Shown in pieces: positions 8,557-15,872 of a stretch of 54,041 nt of DNA (its first letter is position 1; each line of letters starts with the position of its first letter). The DNA comes from a virus: the IMG/VR virus record IMGVR_UViG_3300025168_000117; one strand, 5' to 3'. The position numbers and the translations under genes were made by a program. The notes beneath the pieces were generated by a model that saw nothing but the letters and a program-made list of their open reading frames with translations, ran no database searches and was not told the DNA's origin.

Positions 8557-9117
8557 TTATACACCAGCGGAATTATGGGCTAAAATGTGCTCATTTAATA
8601 GCACTTCCATAACTGCGTTGGCTCCGAATGAATTCTCTGGGGCATCCCAAAGAGCGATTATTTTGCACAATGCTTGGGTGTCTGCCATTGTTCCTGAAAT
8701 TTCAGAACCTGAAGTCCCTGTTACAGTTGAACCAGTGCCTACAGTTACATCTGCACAATTACCAATATTGGTTTGCGCTGGTGTTCCTGCAGATTGTGCT
8801 CTAAACACAATGTCTGGACCATCATAAACATATGCAATGATATCTGTTGCTACTGTCCCTGTTGGCCAAATATCATTATAGATATAAGAGCCATCTGACG
8901 CAGTGTATGAACATCCACCAAATATACCAATTGTTTTATCTGCTTCTGATGCTCCATTTGATGGTTGAATTGTTCCATCAGTATAAAGCATTACAACATC
9001 ACCAGAGAAAATGTTCTCAGCGAGTCCGCTTAAAATTGTATATTTATTTGTACGTGGTGAATTTCCAGACATGTGCCTTGTAGGAACGAAGCCGAATGCT
9101 GAATCTTTATTTGCCAT
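8557..9117 (-). CDS. Head-module protein, possible decoration / auxiliary capsid protein (186 aa)
   Basis: Track ORF that starts MANKDSAFGFVPTRH. It is Gly/Thr-rich and lies directly upstream of the capsid gene. Confidence 0.4.
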   Translation of the reverse strand: MANKDSAFGFVPTRHMSGNSPRTNKYTILSGLAENIFSGDVVMLYTDGTIQPSNGASEADKTIGIFGGCSYTASDGSYIYNDIWPTGTVATDIIAYVYDGPDIVFRAQSAGTPAQTNIGNCADVTVGTGSTVTGTSGSEISGTMADTQALCKIIALWDAPENSFGANAVMEVLLNEHILAHNSAGV

Positions 9118-9142
9118 TTTTCTTTACCTCGTTAAGTTAAAA

Positions 9143-9625
9143 TTAATCTTCCATGACAGAGAGATCCCTGCCACGACTAGACGAGCTTTTACGATCCTCG
9201 TGAATCGGAATTCCTCCTGATCTTTCAACAGAACGAAGTTCATTGCCTAAAGATTCATTTTGCTCATGACTTTTTCCTTGCATATATTCTTTCATTTTAA
9301 TATGCATTTTCTTAGGCATTTCGCAAAGTATCATCCCTTCAACACCGATACATCCATTCCATTGTCCGTGATTAATTGTGGGGATTGGAAAATCTCCAAC
9401 ACTATCAGCAGATCTTGGTTCCCAACCAGCACGTCTTCTTTTGTAGACATTGTCAGGAGTTTCTTTCCCCAGAATCGAGGTAGCTACCCATCTTTGTACC
9501 ATTCCATCTCGCGGAGGAGGTGCATCTAGAACGGAAGGTGGTTTCCAGCTAGTTTCATCTCGAGCTTCTTGCTCTCTAATGTTATTTTGTGTTTCTTGTG
9601 CTCTGACATTACGTTTTTCAGCCAT
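9143..9625 (-). CDS. Head-module protein of unknown function (160 aa)
   Basis: Track ORF coupled to the scaffold-like ORF at 9625. No motif recognised. Confidence 0.65.
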   Translation of the reverse strand: MAEKRNVRAQETQNNIREQEARDETSWKPPSVLDAPPPRDGMVQRWVATSILGKETPDNVYKRRRAGWEPRSADSVGDFPIPTINHGQWNGCIGVEGMILCEMPKKMHIKMKEYMQGKSHEQNESLGNELRSVERSGGIPIHEDRKSSSSRGRDLSVMED

Positions 9626-10533
9626 TATGATTTCTCCCTAGAATTTGATCGCAATTCGCTTGCGTATGCGTTAAGTTGTTCTTTTCCAGTTAACCCTAAT
9701 TCTCTTGCCATACGTAATTGGTCCTTTGACATTTGCACTCTATTCCCTGCATTCTTGCTAGACCCTCCTGCAGACGGAGTTATAGGTTGTCGACTCCTGC
9801 TTTTTGGTCTTGCTTTACTAGCATCATCTTCTGATGATATTAACTCGGGAAACAATTTACGTAAACGATTATTTAAAGTTGAATAATATTCTGGACTGTC
9901 TTTGTCATATCCTTCTAAATCTAATTGCACATCAATTGATCTTGCAGCAGCTGTCTCTCTTTCAAAACCACTACCATTAAACCATTGATTTTTTTGCCAC
10001 CAATCCATTGCTTTAGCTGGTGCTGGTGGTTGTGCTGCTTTGCCGACTGTTGGCGATTGAGTTCTCTGCTGAAACTGTTGCTGTCGTTGAAGCTCTTGAA
10101 CTTTAACTGTTGCTCTCATATCTGCTAATTGTTCAGCAAATGCAACTTGTTTTGTAGTATCACCTTCTTCAATTGCAGATTTCATAGACTCTTTTATAGA
10201 AGCATAGTGCTTATCAAATTGCTCTTTATTTCTATTTTGGTCTCCTTGCTCTAGTCTGGCTAATCTCATTTTAAGTTCTGAAACTTCTTTATCTTTTTCT
10301 GCTGCTTTTGCTTCAGAATCTCTTCTTTGTGTAACGAGATTTTTAATTCTTTTTTGAACTCTGTCACTATAACCAGAATCTTCTTCTTTCGTTTTCTTTT
10401 CTTCTGGTGGGTCTTCAGTAACTTCTACATCTTCACCAAAAGTTTCTTCTACAGTTTCTCCTGATGTATCGATCTCTAATTCTAAAGGGAGATCCTCCTG
10501 TTTTTCATTTTCATCTATCATGGTGCGTTCCAA
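9625..10533 (-). CDS. Putative scaffolding protein (302 aa)
   Basis: Track ORF with a very acidic N-terminus (EDLPLELEIDTSGETVEETFGEDVEVTEDPPEE), a long charged helical/coiled-coil middle and a basic C-terminus. It lies upstream of the capsid gene. Confidence 0.5.
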   Translation of the reverse strand: MERTMIDENEKQEDLPLELEIDTSGETVEETFGEDVEVTEDPPEEKKTKEEDSGYSDRVQKRIKNLVTQRRDSEAKAAEKDKEVSELKMRLARLEQGDQNRNKEQFDKHYASIKESMKSAIEEGDTTKQVAFAEQLADMRATVKVQELQRQQQFQQRTQSPTVGKAAQPPAPAKAMDWWQKNQWFNGSGFERETAAARSIDVQLDLEGYDKDSPEYYSTLNNRLRKLFPELISSEDDASKARPKSRSRQPITPSAGGSSKNAGNRVQMSKDQLRMARELGLTGKEQLNAYASELRSNSREKS

Positions 10534-10542
10534 GTCCTTTCG

Positions 10543-10956
10543 CTATGGTATATAATTTTGAATGTTGCAACCTTCTGGCACAACAGATGTTATTTCGTCA
10601 TCATTAAGAAGAAGCAATTTGACTCCACCAATAACTAGCTTTTGTCCTGCATATTTTCCAAATGTAACGTGGTCACCTATATTTGCCCAACGACCATAAT
10701 GCCATTGACGACCAGATTCTCGTTCGCACCAAGCTAATGGTCCGTGGTCAAGTATTACACCATGGGCAGTTAAGTATTCTTCATTTTCTTGAGTTTGTTC
10801 AGGAAGATATAAACCACTCGCTGTTTTCTTCATAGGAACTTGTGGTTTAACCAAAACTCTCCAACCTGTCGGTTTTGGTAAATGTTTTGGATTTTGTATT
10901 TCAGGGTCATTGCCCCAACTTTCTTTTACTTCATGGAGATGAGCCATGTTATTCAT
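10543..10956 (-). CDS. GroES / Cpn10-like co-chaperonin (137 aa)
   Basis: It aligns by eye to GroES. WRVLVKPQVPMKKTASGLYLPEQ matches [23 protein letters not shown], and IGDHVTFGKYAGQKLVIGGVKLLLLNDDEITSVV matches [35 protein letters not shown]. It has an extra N-terminal ~30 aa and an insertion in the roof region. Confidence 0.7.
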   Translation of the reverse strand: MNNMAHLHEVKESWGNDPEIQNPKHLPKPTGWRVLVKPQVPMKKTASGLYLPEQTQENEEYLTAHGVILDHGPLAWCERESGRQWHYGRWANIGDHVTFGKYAGQKLVIGGVKLLLLNDDEITSVVPEGCNIQNYIP

Positions 10957-11146
10957 CCTCTCTATCTAGTTTTTTAAAAACATCATCAATAGTGCTTTGG
11001 GCTAAAGTTAAGCCTTCAGCAATACCAACGTTCTTTTGATATTGAGAAAAATCAGAGATCCTTCCCTCTATCATCTCGTTCGCTAGATCTCTCTTCTTGA
11101 TTTCCAACGTCTTCTTTATCGTCTCCAATAGATCTGTTACTGTCAA
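10949..11146 (-). CDS. Small helical protein (65 aa), TTG start
   Basis: Track ORF. The start codon is TTG, preceded by GAGGTGA. An in-frame TGA lies immediately upstream, so no longer form is possible. Confidence 0.55.
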   Translation of the reverse strand: MTVTDLLETIKKTLEIKKRDLANEMIEGRISDFSQYQKNVGIAEGLTLAQSTIDDVFKKLDREDE

Positions 11147-11234
11147 CTTTCACCTCGCTTTTCATTGAGACTCCTGTTATTAAAACTTCAACATCGTCCA
11201 TTTTCGTCTCCTTCTGCTTAACATAATATAAAAT

Positions 11235-11867
11235 TTACTGACCAGCTAGTGGATTGTTCAAAGCTCTTGTTAACATATCTCTTAATCTGTCTTCTAATTC
11301 TTTTAATTTTGCATCTAATGCTTCATTGCGCCTATTGGCATCAGACTCTATCGCTGTTCGCTTAGAATCAAACCTATCCTCTGCATGCTGTATCAAAGTT
11401 CTCATATCATTTTCAGAAGTTCTAGTGCTACCACGAGTCTCTTGATTTAAATCTCTACTTCTTTTATCAACAGAAGATATCTGGTCTAAAATGTTATTAA
11501 TATCCGACCGAACATCATTTTTCATCTGCCTAACATCATCTTGTGCAGAGGTTATTAACTGTAATGCTGTAGATATTTCTGATTGCAAAATTTGATTCAT
11601 ATTAGATATTTCACTCTCTAATTTGATTCCTAAGCTATCAATTTTTTCATTGGTAACTTTTATTGTTGCATTAAAATCACCTAATTGTTTTTGAAATCCA
11701 CTAAGATCTGGTGCTGTATAACTAGAAATTTGGTCTTCCATTGCAACCCACCTAGCATAGCCTTCAAATCCTGCCCATACAGAACCACCAATTGCTCCTA
11801 ACAATGGGAAGATGAAAAGTAATTTACCACCACGGAATTTTATTCCTTTGTATTCTACTTCACTCAT
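11235..11867 (-). CDS. Membrane-anchored coiled-coil protein (210 aa)
   Basis: It has one N-terminal TM segment (LLFIFPLLGAIGGSVWAGF). This is followed by ~150 aa of heptad-like charged helix (SEISNMNQILQSEISTALQL...). It is the last gene of the envelope/lysis cluster. Confidence 0.65.
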   Translation of the reverse strand: MSEVEYKGIKFRGGKLLFIFPLLGAIGGSVWAGFEGYARWVAMEDQISSYTAPDLSGFQKQLGDFNATIKVTNEKIDSLGIKLESEISNMNQILQSEISTALQLITSAQDDVRQMKNDVRSDINNILDQISSVDKRSRDLNQETRGSTRTSENDMRTLIQHAEDRFDSKRTAIESDANRRNEALDAKLKELEDRLRDMLTRALNNPLAGQ

Positions 11868-13401
11868 ATTGTGCTCCTATCATTTTTTCAAATACTAAAC
11901 TATCTCGGACTCCAAAATAATTACCTAATGGATCTTGTAGCATAGTTTCTGCATAAATATCTTTTGATTCATACCATGTTGGTTGTACTTGTGTAGGGAT
12001 TTGCTGATAAGTTTTGATATCTGCACCTAATGCATTTACTAAAGCTAATGTAGTTAATTGAGCTACGGCATCATATTGGCTGTCGAAACTTTGCATGATT
12101 TCTTTAGCTTTTTCTTGTTTAGCTTCTTGTTTCTTAGTTGGTTTGTCCGCAACCTTTACCTCTTTGACCTCTTCTTTCTCCTTAGATTCTTCCTTTGCAA
12201 CTTCCTTCGGTTCTGGTTTAGATTCTTTTTTAACATCTTCTTTAACCTCTTCTTTTATTTCAGAAATCTCTGTTTCTTCCGCAACCTTTTCTGTCTCAGG
12301 TTCTTCTACTGGCTCTCCTGGAGCATCTACGGAGGTTGAAATCTCTTCAGATTCTTGATTTTCAGCTATTTCAACACTTTCTTCTGGTTTTGATTGAACT
12401 TCTACTGGTTCTGGCTCTGCTGGTTCTGGCTCTGGTTGAGGAGCTTCAATAACTTCTGGTTGCTCTTGTATGTCTGGCATAGAAAGCACTTCTTGAATAT
12501 CTTCTACCACTGTTTCCATAGTTACAACTTCTGCTTCAAAAGAATTCGTTTCAACAATAGGAGCATATTCTACTGTTTGCTCAAACACAACTGTTTCTGT
12601 AGGGACAATATCTATGGAAACAATATCATCAGGAACACCAACATCGTAATTATCCATTTCTTCATAAGAAGGTTCTGGTGTTGTATCTTCATAATCATAA
12701 GTATCGGTTGATGCTACTGTTTCATTAAGCATAACTTGTGTTTCTATATACTGTAAGTAAGTAGTAACAACTGTAGAAATAACATTGTACTGCACATCTA
12801 ATTGAACATTGTCAAAATAATAATTGTTTTTGCCACCTACAGATACGAACAGCTTATCTAAACCACCAGAATAATCATAGTTCCCTGCGTAGTCTGTAGT
12901 GCCAGACGCTAAATCAGTTTTGTCTGTCCACAACAGTGTATTGTTATTGTATCCTTTAAGTTCAAAATACAACTCTGTATTGTTTTGAGAATGCCAGCCA
13001 TCTAAACTCCAGTTCAAAGCACCACCATCTTCTATGTGAAATTGTGCTAAACTTATGTTTTGCTGAAAAGTTGTCAATGTACTAGAAGTTCCTTTAGCGC
13101 ATTTTCCTGTTCCTCCAACTTGAGAAGGACAAGTAACCATACTAGCTGAACCGATCCCACCCCAATCTTGGTCCATATCCCCTTCGTATCTCGTTGCTAC
13201 GACACCTGTATCTTTATGTAATATATCACCAGTTGTTTTATTTTCAATAGTAACTGTTGTTTCTGTAACTTCTTGAACATCACCTTGCTCTTCAATTACA
13301 GTTGTAGTTGTAGTTCCTGCATCTTGCATCTGTCCAAATGTATCAAAGGAGTAGGAGCAAGAACAACAAACCACCAATACCAAGACCAGTAGCTTCTTCA
13401 T
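11860..13401 (-). CDS. Secreted protein with an acidic Pro/Glu-rich then Lys/Glu-rich linker (513 aa)
   Basis: It has an N-terminal signal-like MKKLLVLVLVVCCSCS with Cys residues but no canonical lipobox. The central region reads PQPEPEPAEPEPVEV...KPEPKEVAKEESKEKEEVKEVKVADKPTKK. Its SD (AAGGAGA) and ATG are embedded in the last 20 codons of the upstream ORF. Confidence 0.7.
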   Translation of the reverse strand: MKKLLVLVLVVCCSCSYSFDTFGQMQDAGTTTTTVIEEQGDVQEVTETTVTIENKTTGDILHKDTGVVATRYEGDMDQDWGGIGSASMVTCPSQVGGTGKCAKGTSSTLTTFQQNISLAQFHIEDGGALNWSLDGWHSQNNTELYFELKGYNNNTLLWTDKTDLASGTTDYAGNYDYSGGLDKLFVSVGGKNNYYFDNVQLDVQYNVISTVVTTYLQYIETQVMLNETVASTDTYDYEDTTPEPSYEEMDNYDVGVPDDIVSIDIVPTETVVFEQTVEYAPIVETNSFEAEVVTMETVVEDIQEVLSMPDIQEQPEVIEAPQPEPEPAEPEPVEVQSKPEESVEIAENQESEEISTSVDAPGEPVEEPETEKVAEETEISEIKEEVKEDVKKESKPEPKEVAKEESKEKEEVKEVKVADKPTKKQEAKQEKAKEIMQSFDSQYDAVAQLTTLALVNALGADIKTYQQIPTQVQPTWYESKDIYAETMLQDPLGNYFGVRDSLVFEKMIGAQYE

Positions 13402-13906
13402 CTGTTATTATCTCCTTATCTACAACATTATCTTTTTTCCATTGCTCATAGTCAGGTCTTTTTTCAGGATTTTCTGCCCATGCTGTTGCAGCTTCAAGAC
13501 CTATTTTTCCCATGTATGGACAAGGTGTTCCTGCCATTTCCATTGCTTGAAATACTCTTGGGTCTTGGCATAACATAGCTACAGCACCAACTTTCATACC
13601 CATACGGAATAATCTCGTTGACAATTTCATACGTTCACAGTTCATGTCTCTAATAGCTGTGCCACCAGCTAAACCAAATATTTGTGTTTGAATTGCTCCA
13701 GAAGCAGCAAAACTACAGACATCTTGATTATTGATGACAACACTTGGGGCAGATGCTGTAGATGGAGTTCTATCTACTGTAGTTGTACCACTTACTGTCG
13801 AGCTAGTGCTTGAAACAGTATTACTTTGAGCTTTTGCTACACTGCACCAAGTCATCATAGACAGTATAAAGATAACAATTAATATTGCCCAAAACTTTGC
13901 ACTCAT
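13343..13906 (-). CDS. Cys-containing envelope protein with signal peptide and C-terminal membrane anchor (187 aa)
   Basis: The signal peptide is MSAKFWAILIVIFILSMMTWCSVAKA. A Ser/Thr-rich linker is followed by a domain containing several Cys. The C-terminus is hydrophobic (GLGIGGLLFLLLLL). Confidence 0.7.
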   Translation of the reverse strand: MSAKFWAILIVIFILSMMTWCSVAKAQSNTVSSTSSTVSGTTTVDRTPSTASAPSVVINNQDVCSFAASGAIQTQIFGLAGGTAIRDMNCERMKLSTRLFRMGMKVGAVAMLCQDPRVFQAMEMAGTPCPYMGKIGLEAATAWAENPEKRPDYEQWKKDNVVDKEIITDEEATGLGIGGLLFLLLLL

Positions 13907-14385
13907 TAGTCAATCCACTCTCCTGTTAGCATTATTTGAGAAAGTCTATCAGCTCTAGATTTAACTTGCTTTGCCCAAGCACTGTCTAACATCTGGTTAG
14001 AAGCTTCATCCCAATTTTCTTCTTGAATAGCTTTAAACATATTTGGCCATTTGCTAGGATTGAAACGAGTCATACCCATATTAAATAACATATCTAATAG
14101 TACGCATTTTCTTATGCTATCTAGATTATTGTAAACATCCCAATTTTGAGCTTCTCTATCTATTCGAGCAACATCTCCCATTAATAAGAAATTTGCTTCT
14201 TCTTCATTTATACCTAAACCATCTGCAGCTATATTCCTGCCGACCCCAAGAGTTGGGTGTCCTATAAGAGTGTCCCCAGCTTTTAATTCTTTGCCGTTGG
14301 CATCATCATAAACTTTAAGCTTTAATCCTTCATGAAGAGTTAGCATTTTTAAAAGTTTAAATTTATCAGAATCTATGTTATCCAT
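13906..14385 (-). CDS. T4-type lysozyme (glycoside hydrolase family 24) endolysin
   Basis: It aligns by eye to T4 lysozyme. HEGLKLKVYDDANG matches DEGLRLKIYKDTEG, including the catalytic Glu/Asp. TLGVGR matches TIGIGH, DSIRKCVLLDMLFNMG matches DAVRRAAINMVFQMG, and the C-terminal W...A...R...TG.W pattern is present. Confidence 0.9.
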   Translation of the reverse strand: MDNIDSDKFKLLKMLTLHEGLKLKVYDDANGKELKAGDTLIGHPTLGVGRNIAADGLGINEEEANFLLMGDVARIDREAQNWDVYNNLDSIRKCVLLDMLFNMGMTRFNPSKWPNMFKAIQEENWDEASNQMLDSAWAKQVKSRADRLSQIMLTGEWID

Positions 14386-14732
14386 GGCGTTTTAGTTCCT
14401 CCATAATATGGTCTAGCATGCCCTTCTTCTACCATTTTATCACAAATGTTATACCCATCAACTATTGGCTCACCAAGTATCCTGCCAAATTTTCCTTTTG
14501 CATCTTTGTGAGTTATTATAGTAAATCTCTTCGGAAGTAATTCTTTAAGGCGAGCTTTGCTCTCGAGACCAAGCTTCTTTTCTTCCAAGTTTCTAGTTCG
14601 ACTTTCAGGTGTGTTGATTCCAAGTAGACGGACTCTTTCTTTTTTGAGCCAGACCTTAAAGCCAAGATCAATGCTAACATCTATAGTATCTCCATCAATA
14701 ACTCTAATAAGCTCACATCTGTATTCATGCAT
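14373..14732 (-). CDS. Staphylococcal-nuclease (thermonuclease)-like nuclease (119 aa)
   Basis: VIDGDTIDV...VRLLGINTPES...GKFGRILG resembles the SNase motifs IDGDTVKL / RLLLVDTPE / YGRGLAY. Confidence 0.75.
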   Translation of the reverse strand: MHEYRCELIRVIDGDTIDVSIDLGFKVWLKKERVRLLGINTPESRTRNLEEKKLGLESKARLKELLPKRFTIITHKDAKGKFGRILGEPIVDGYNICDKMVEEGHARPYYGGTKTPWIT

Positions 14733-14924
14733 CTATACCATCCCACCTGATTGTGCCCTCGCAAGCACTGTTAATGTTTCTCCGAAAGACTTATCAAGTT
14801 CCTTTGCAGCCATGGCAAATAAACGAGGAGGAATTTCAGATCCTTTAAAACCTTTTCTATTAAGAAATTTCTTTGCTGCTCTAATCTCTGCTGCAGCTAC
14901 TTTTTTAATTTTTGCTCTTGCCAT
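14733..14924 (-). CDS. Small basic protein (63 aa from the ATG; the track uses a TTG at 14948)
   Basis: Track ORF 14733..14948. The ATG at 14924 gives MARAKIKKVAAAEIRAAKKFLNRKG.... The start is uncertain. Confidence 0.5.
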   Translation of the reverse strand: MARAKIKKVAAAEIRAAKKFLNRKGFKGSEIPPRLFAMAAKELDKSFGETLTVLARAQSGGMV

Positions 14925-15066
14925 TGCTATGAACCTTTTGTATTTCAAATGAAGCTTTTTTAACTGCTCCTGAATGAGGTTTATAAGAACCTTTCATTAA
15001 TTTAAATCCTTTTCCTGCTTTCATCCAGTGGAAACCTTTTGGAGCTGATACTGTTTTATTTGCCAT
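14905..15066 (-). CDS. Tiny basic protein (53 aa), not in the ORF track
   Basis: Hand translation gives MANKTVSAPKGFHWMKAGKGFKLMKGSYKPHSGAVKKASFEIQKVHSNGKSKN. The ATG at 15064..15066 overlaps the end of the upstream ORF by 11 nt. The stop is TAA at 14905..14907. Confidence 0.5.
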   Translation of the reverse strand: MANKTVSAPKGFHWMKAGKGFKLMKGSYKPHSGAVKKASFEIQKVHSNGKSKN

Positions 15067-15232
15067 TCTTTTTAACCTTTTTCTTTTTTTGTTTTTGCTT
15101 TTTCGCTATTGCTTTAAATGTTCCTTTAGCTGGTGCTCCTTTTGCACCTTTTTTTCGCATCTTTTCTCCAGAACCTTCTTTGATTCTTTTTCTTTTTGCG
15201 TGAATGTTTGCATACAATCCTTTTTTAGCCAT
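15056..15232 (-). CDS. Tiny basic protein (58 aa), start moved to MAKKGLYANIHAKRKR
   Basis: Track ORF 15056..15292. The ATG at 15232 lies 4 nt after the upstream stop. The protein is Lys-rich and ends KKQKQKKKKVKKNGK. Confidence 0.6.
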   Translation of the reverse strand: MAKKGLYANIHAKRKRIKEGSGEKMRKKGAKGAPAKGTFKAIAKKQKQKKKKVKKNGK

Positions 15233-15236
15233 TATA

Positions 15237-15494
15237 TCACCATGCTTTGCAAGACCAATATCTTGCTTTTGTTTTTGGTCCAGGATTATCACAGTTGTGG
15301 CGAGATCGGAAATTGCTCCTGCGACCTTTTTGATTTTTCTTAATCCTCATGTTAGGATCTCCGAATGTAACTCTTTTAACAGAATCGCCATCTCTAACAT
15401 AAACAACTGATTTCTTTCTACCATAACTTGTTTCACCTTTAGATATCCTTCTAGGATTATTAAGTGTTACATTTTTCCCTTGATATTCAGCCAT
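15237..15494 (-). CDS. Small basic protein (85 aa)
   Basis: Track ORF reading MAEYQGKNVTLNNPRRISKG...VKRVTFGDPNMRIKKNQKGRRSNFRSRHNCDNPGPKTKARYWSCKAW. It is joined by TAATG to the upstream micro-ORF. Confidence 0.7.
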   Translation of the reverse strand: MAEYQGKNVTLNNPRRISKGETSYGRKKSVVYVRDGDSVKRVTFGDPNMRIKKNQKGRRSNFRSRHNCDNPGPKTKARYWSCKAW

Positions 15495-15634
15495 TATTTT
15501 TTCTTCTTTTTCTTCTTTGGTTTATAACCAGAAGCATATATTGCACGACCTTGAGCATCTGCTTGTTTTTTAGTCTTATAAACTTTGCCAGAACTTCCCC
15601 AGCGATAGCCACCTTTGACTTTTTTCGTTGGCAT
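15494..15634 (-). CDS. Tiny basic protein (46 aa), not in the ORF track
   Basis: Hand translation gives MPTKKVKGGYRWGSSGKVYKTKKQADAQGRAIYASGYKPKKKKKKK. The ATG at 15632..15634 directly follows the TAG of the upstream micro-ORF. The stop overlaps the next start as TAATG. Confidence 0.55.
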   Translation of the reverse strand: MPTKKVKGGYRWGSSGKVYKTKKQADAQGRAIYASGYKPKKKKKKK

Positions 15635-15811
15635 CTATTTTTTCTTTTTGGTTGTTTTCTTCTTTTTTAATCCATAAGAACCTTTAGGTTTGCGAGTAGC
15701 TTTTGCGACTTTACGACGACCAGCTTCTGACATTTTCTTTTTAGATTTCTTGCCACGAGTCATTCCAAGTTGTTCGTCTTTCCTATCATTGTATCCTTGT
15801 TTCTTTTTCAT
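15635..15811 (-). CDS. Tiny basic protein (58 aa), not in the ORF track
   Basis: Hand translation, codon by codon, gives MKKKQGYNDRKDEQLGMTRGKKSKKKMSEAGRRKVAKATRKPKGSYGLKKKKTTKKKK. A strong SD is present (AAAGGAGGAAAAG-ATG). Confidence 0.6.
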   Translation of the reverse strand: MKKKQGYNDRKDEQLGMTRGKKSKKKMSEAGRRKVAKATRKPKGSYGLKKKKTTKKKK

Positions 15812-15838
15812 CTTTTCCTCCTTTGATTATTATTTTTA

Positions 15839-15867
15839 ATTATTATCGTATTTGCTCATAAAGTAAA
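15839..15867 (-). promoter_or_regulatory. Candidate sigma70-type promoter (TTTACT-N17-AATAAT) ahead of the basic micro-ORF chain
   Basis: On the minus strand the -35 TTTACT is at 15862..15867 and the -10 AATAAT at 15839..15844, with a 17-bp spacer. It lies in the only gap between the paralogue array and the micro-ORFs. Confidence 0.4.
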
Positions 15868-15872
15868 TTCTT

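Noticed and set aside
13343-13401. Overlapped gene pair read as a canonical Rz/Rz1-type spanin pair.
   Set aside because: The embedded gene encodes 513 aa rather than a ~60-aa lipoprotein. Its Cys cluster (LVVCCSC) does not fit the lipobox [LVI][ASTVI][GAS]C. The upstream partner has a cleavable signal plus a C-terminal anchor rather than the N-terminal TM and coiled coil of an i-spanin.
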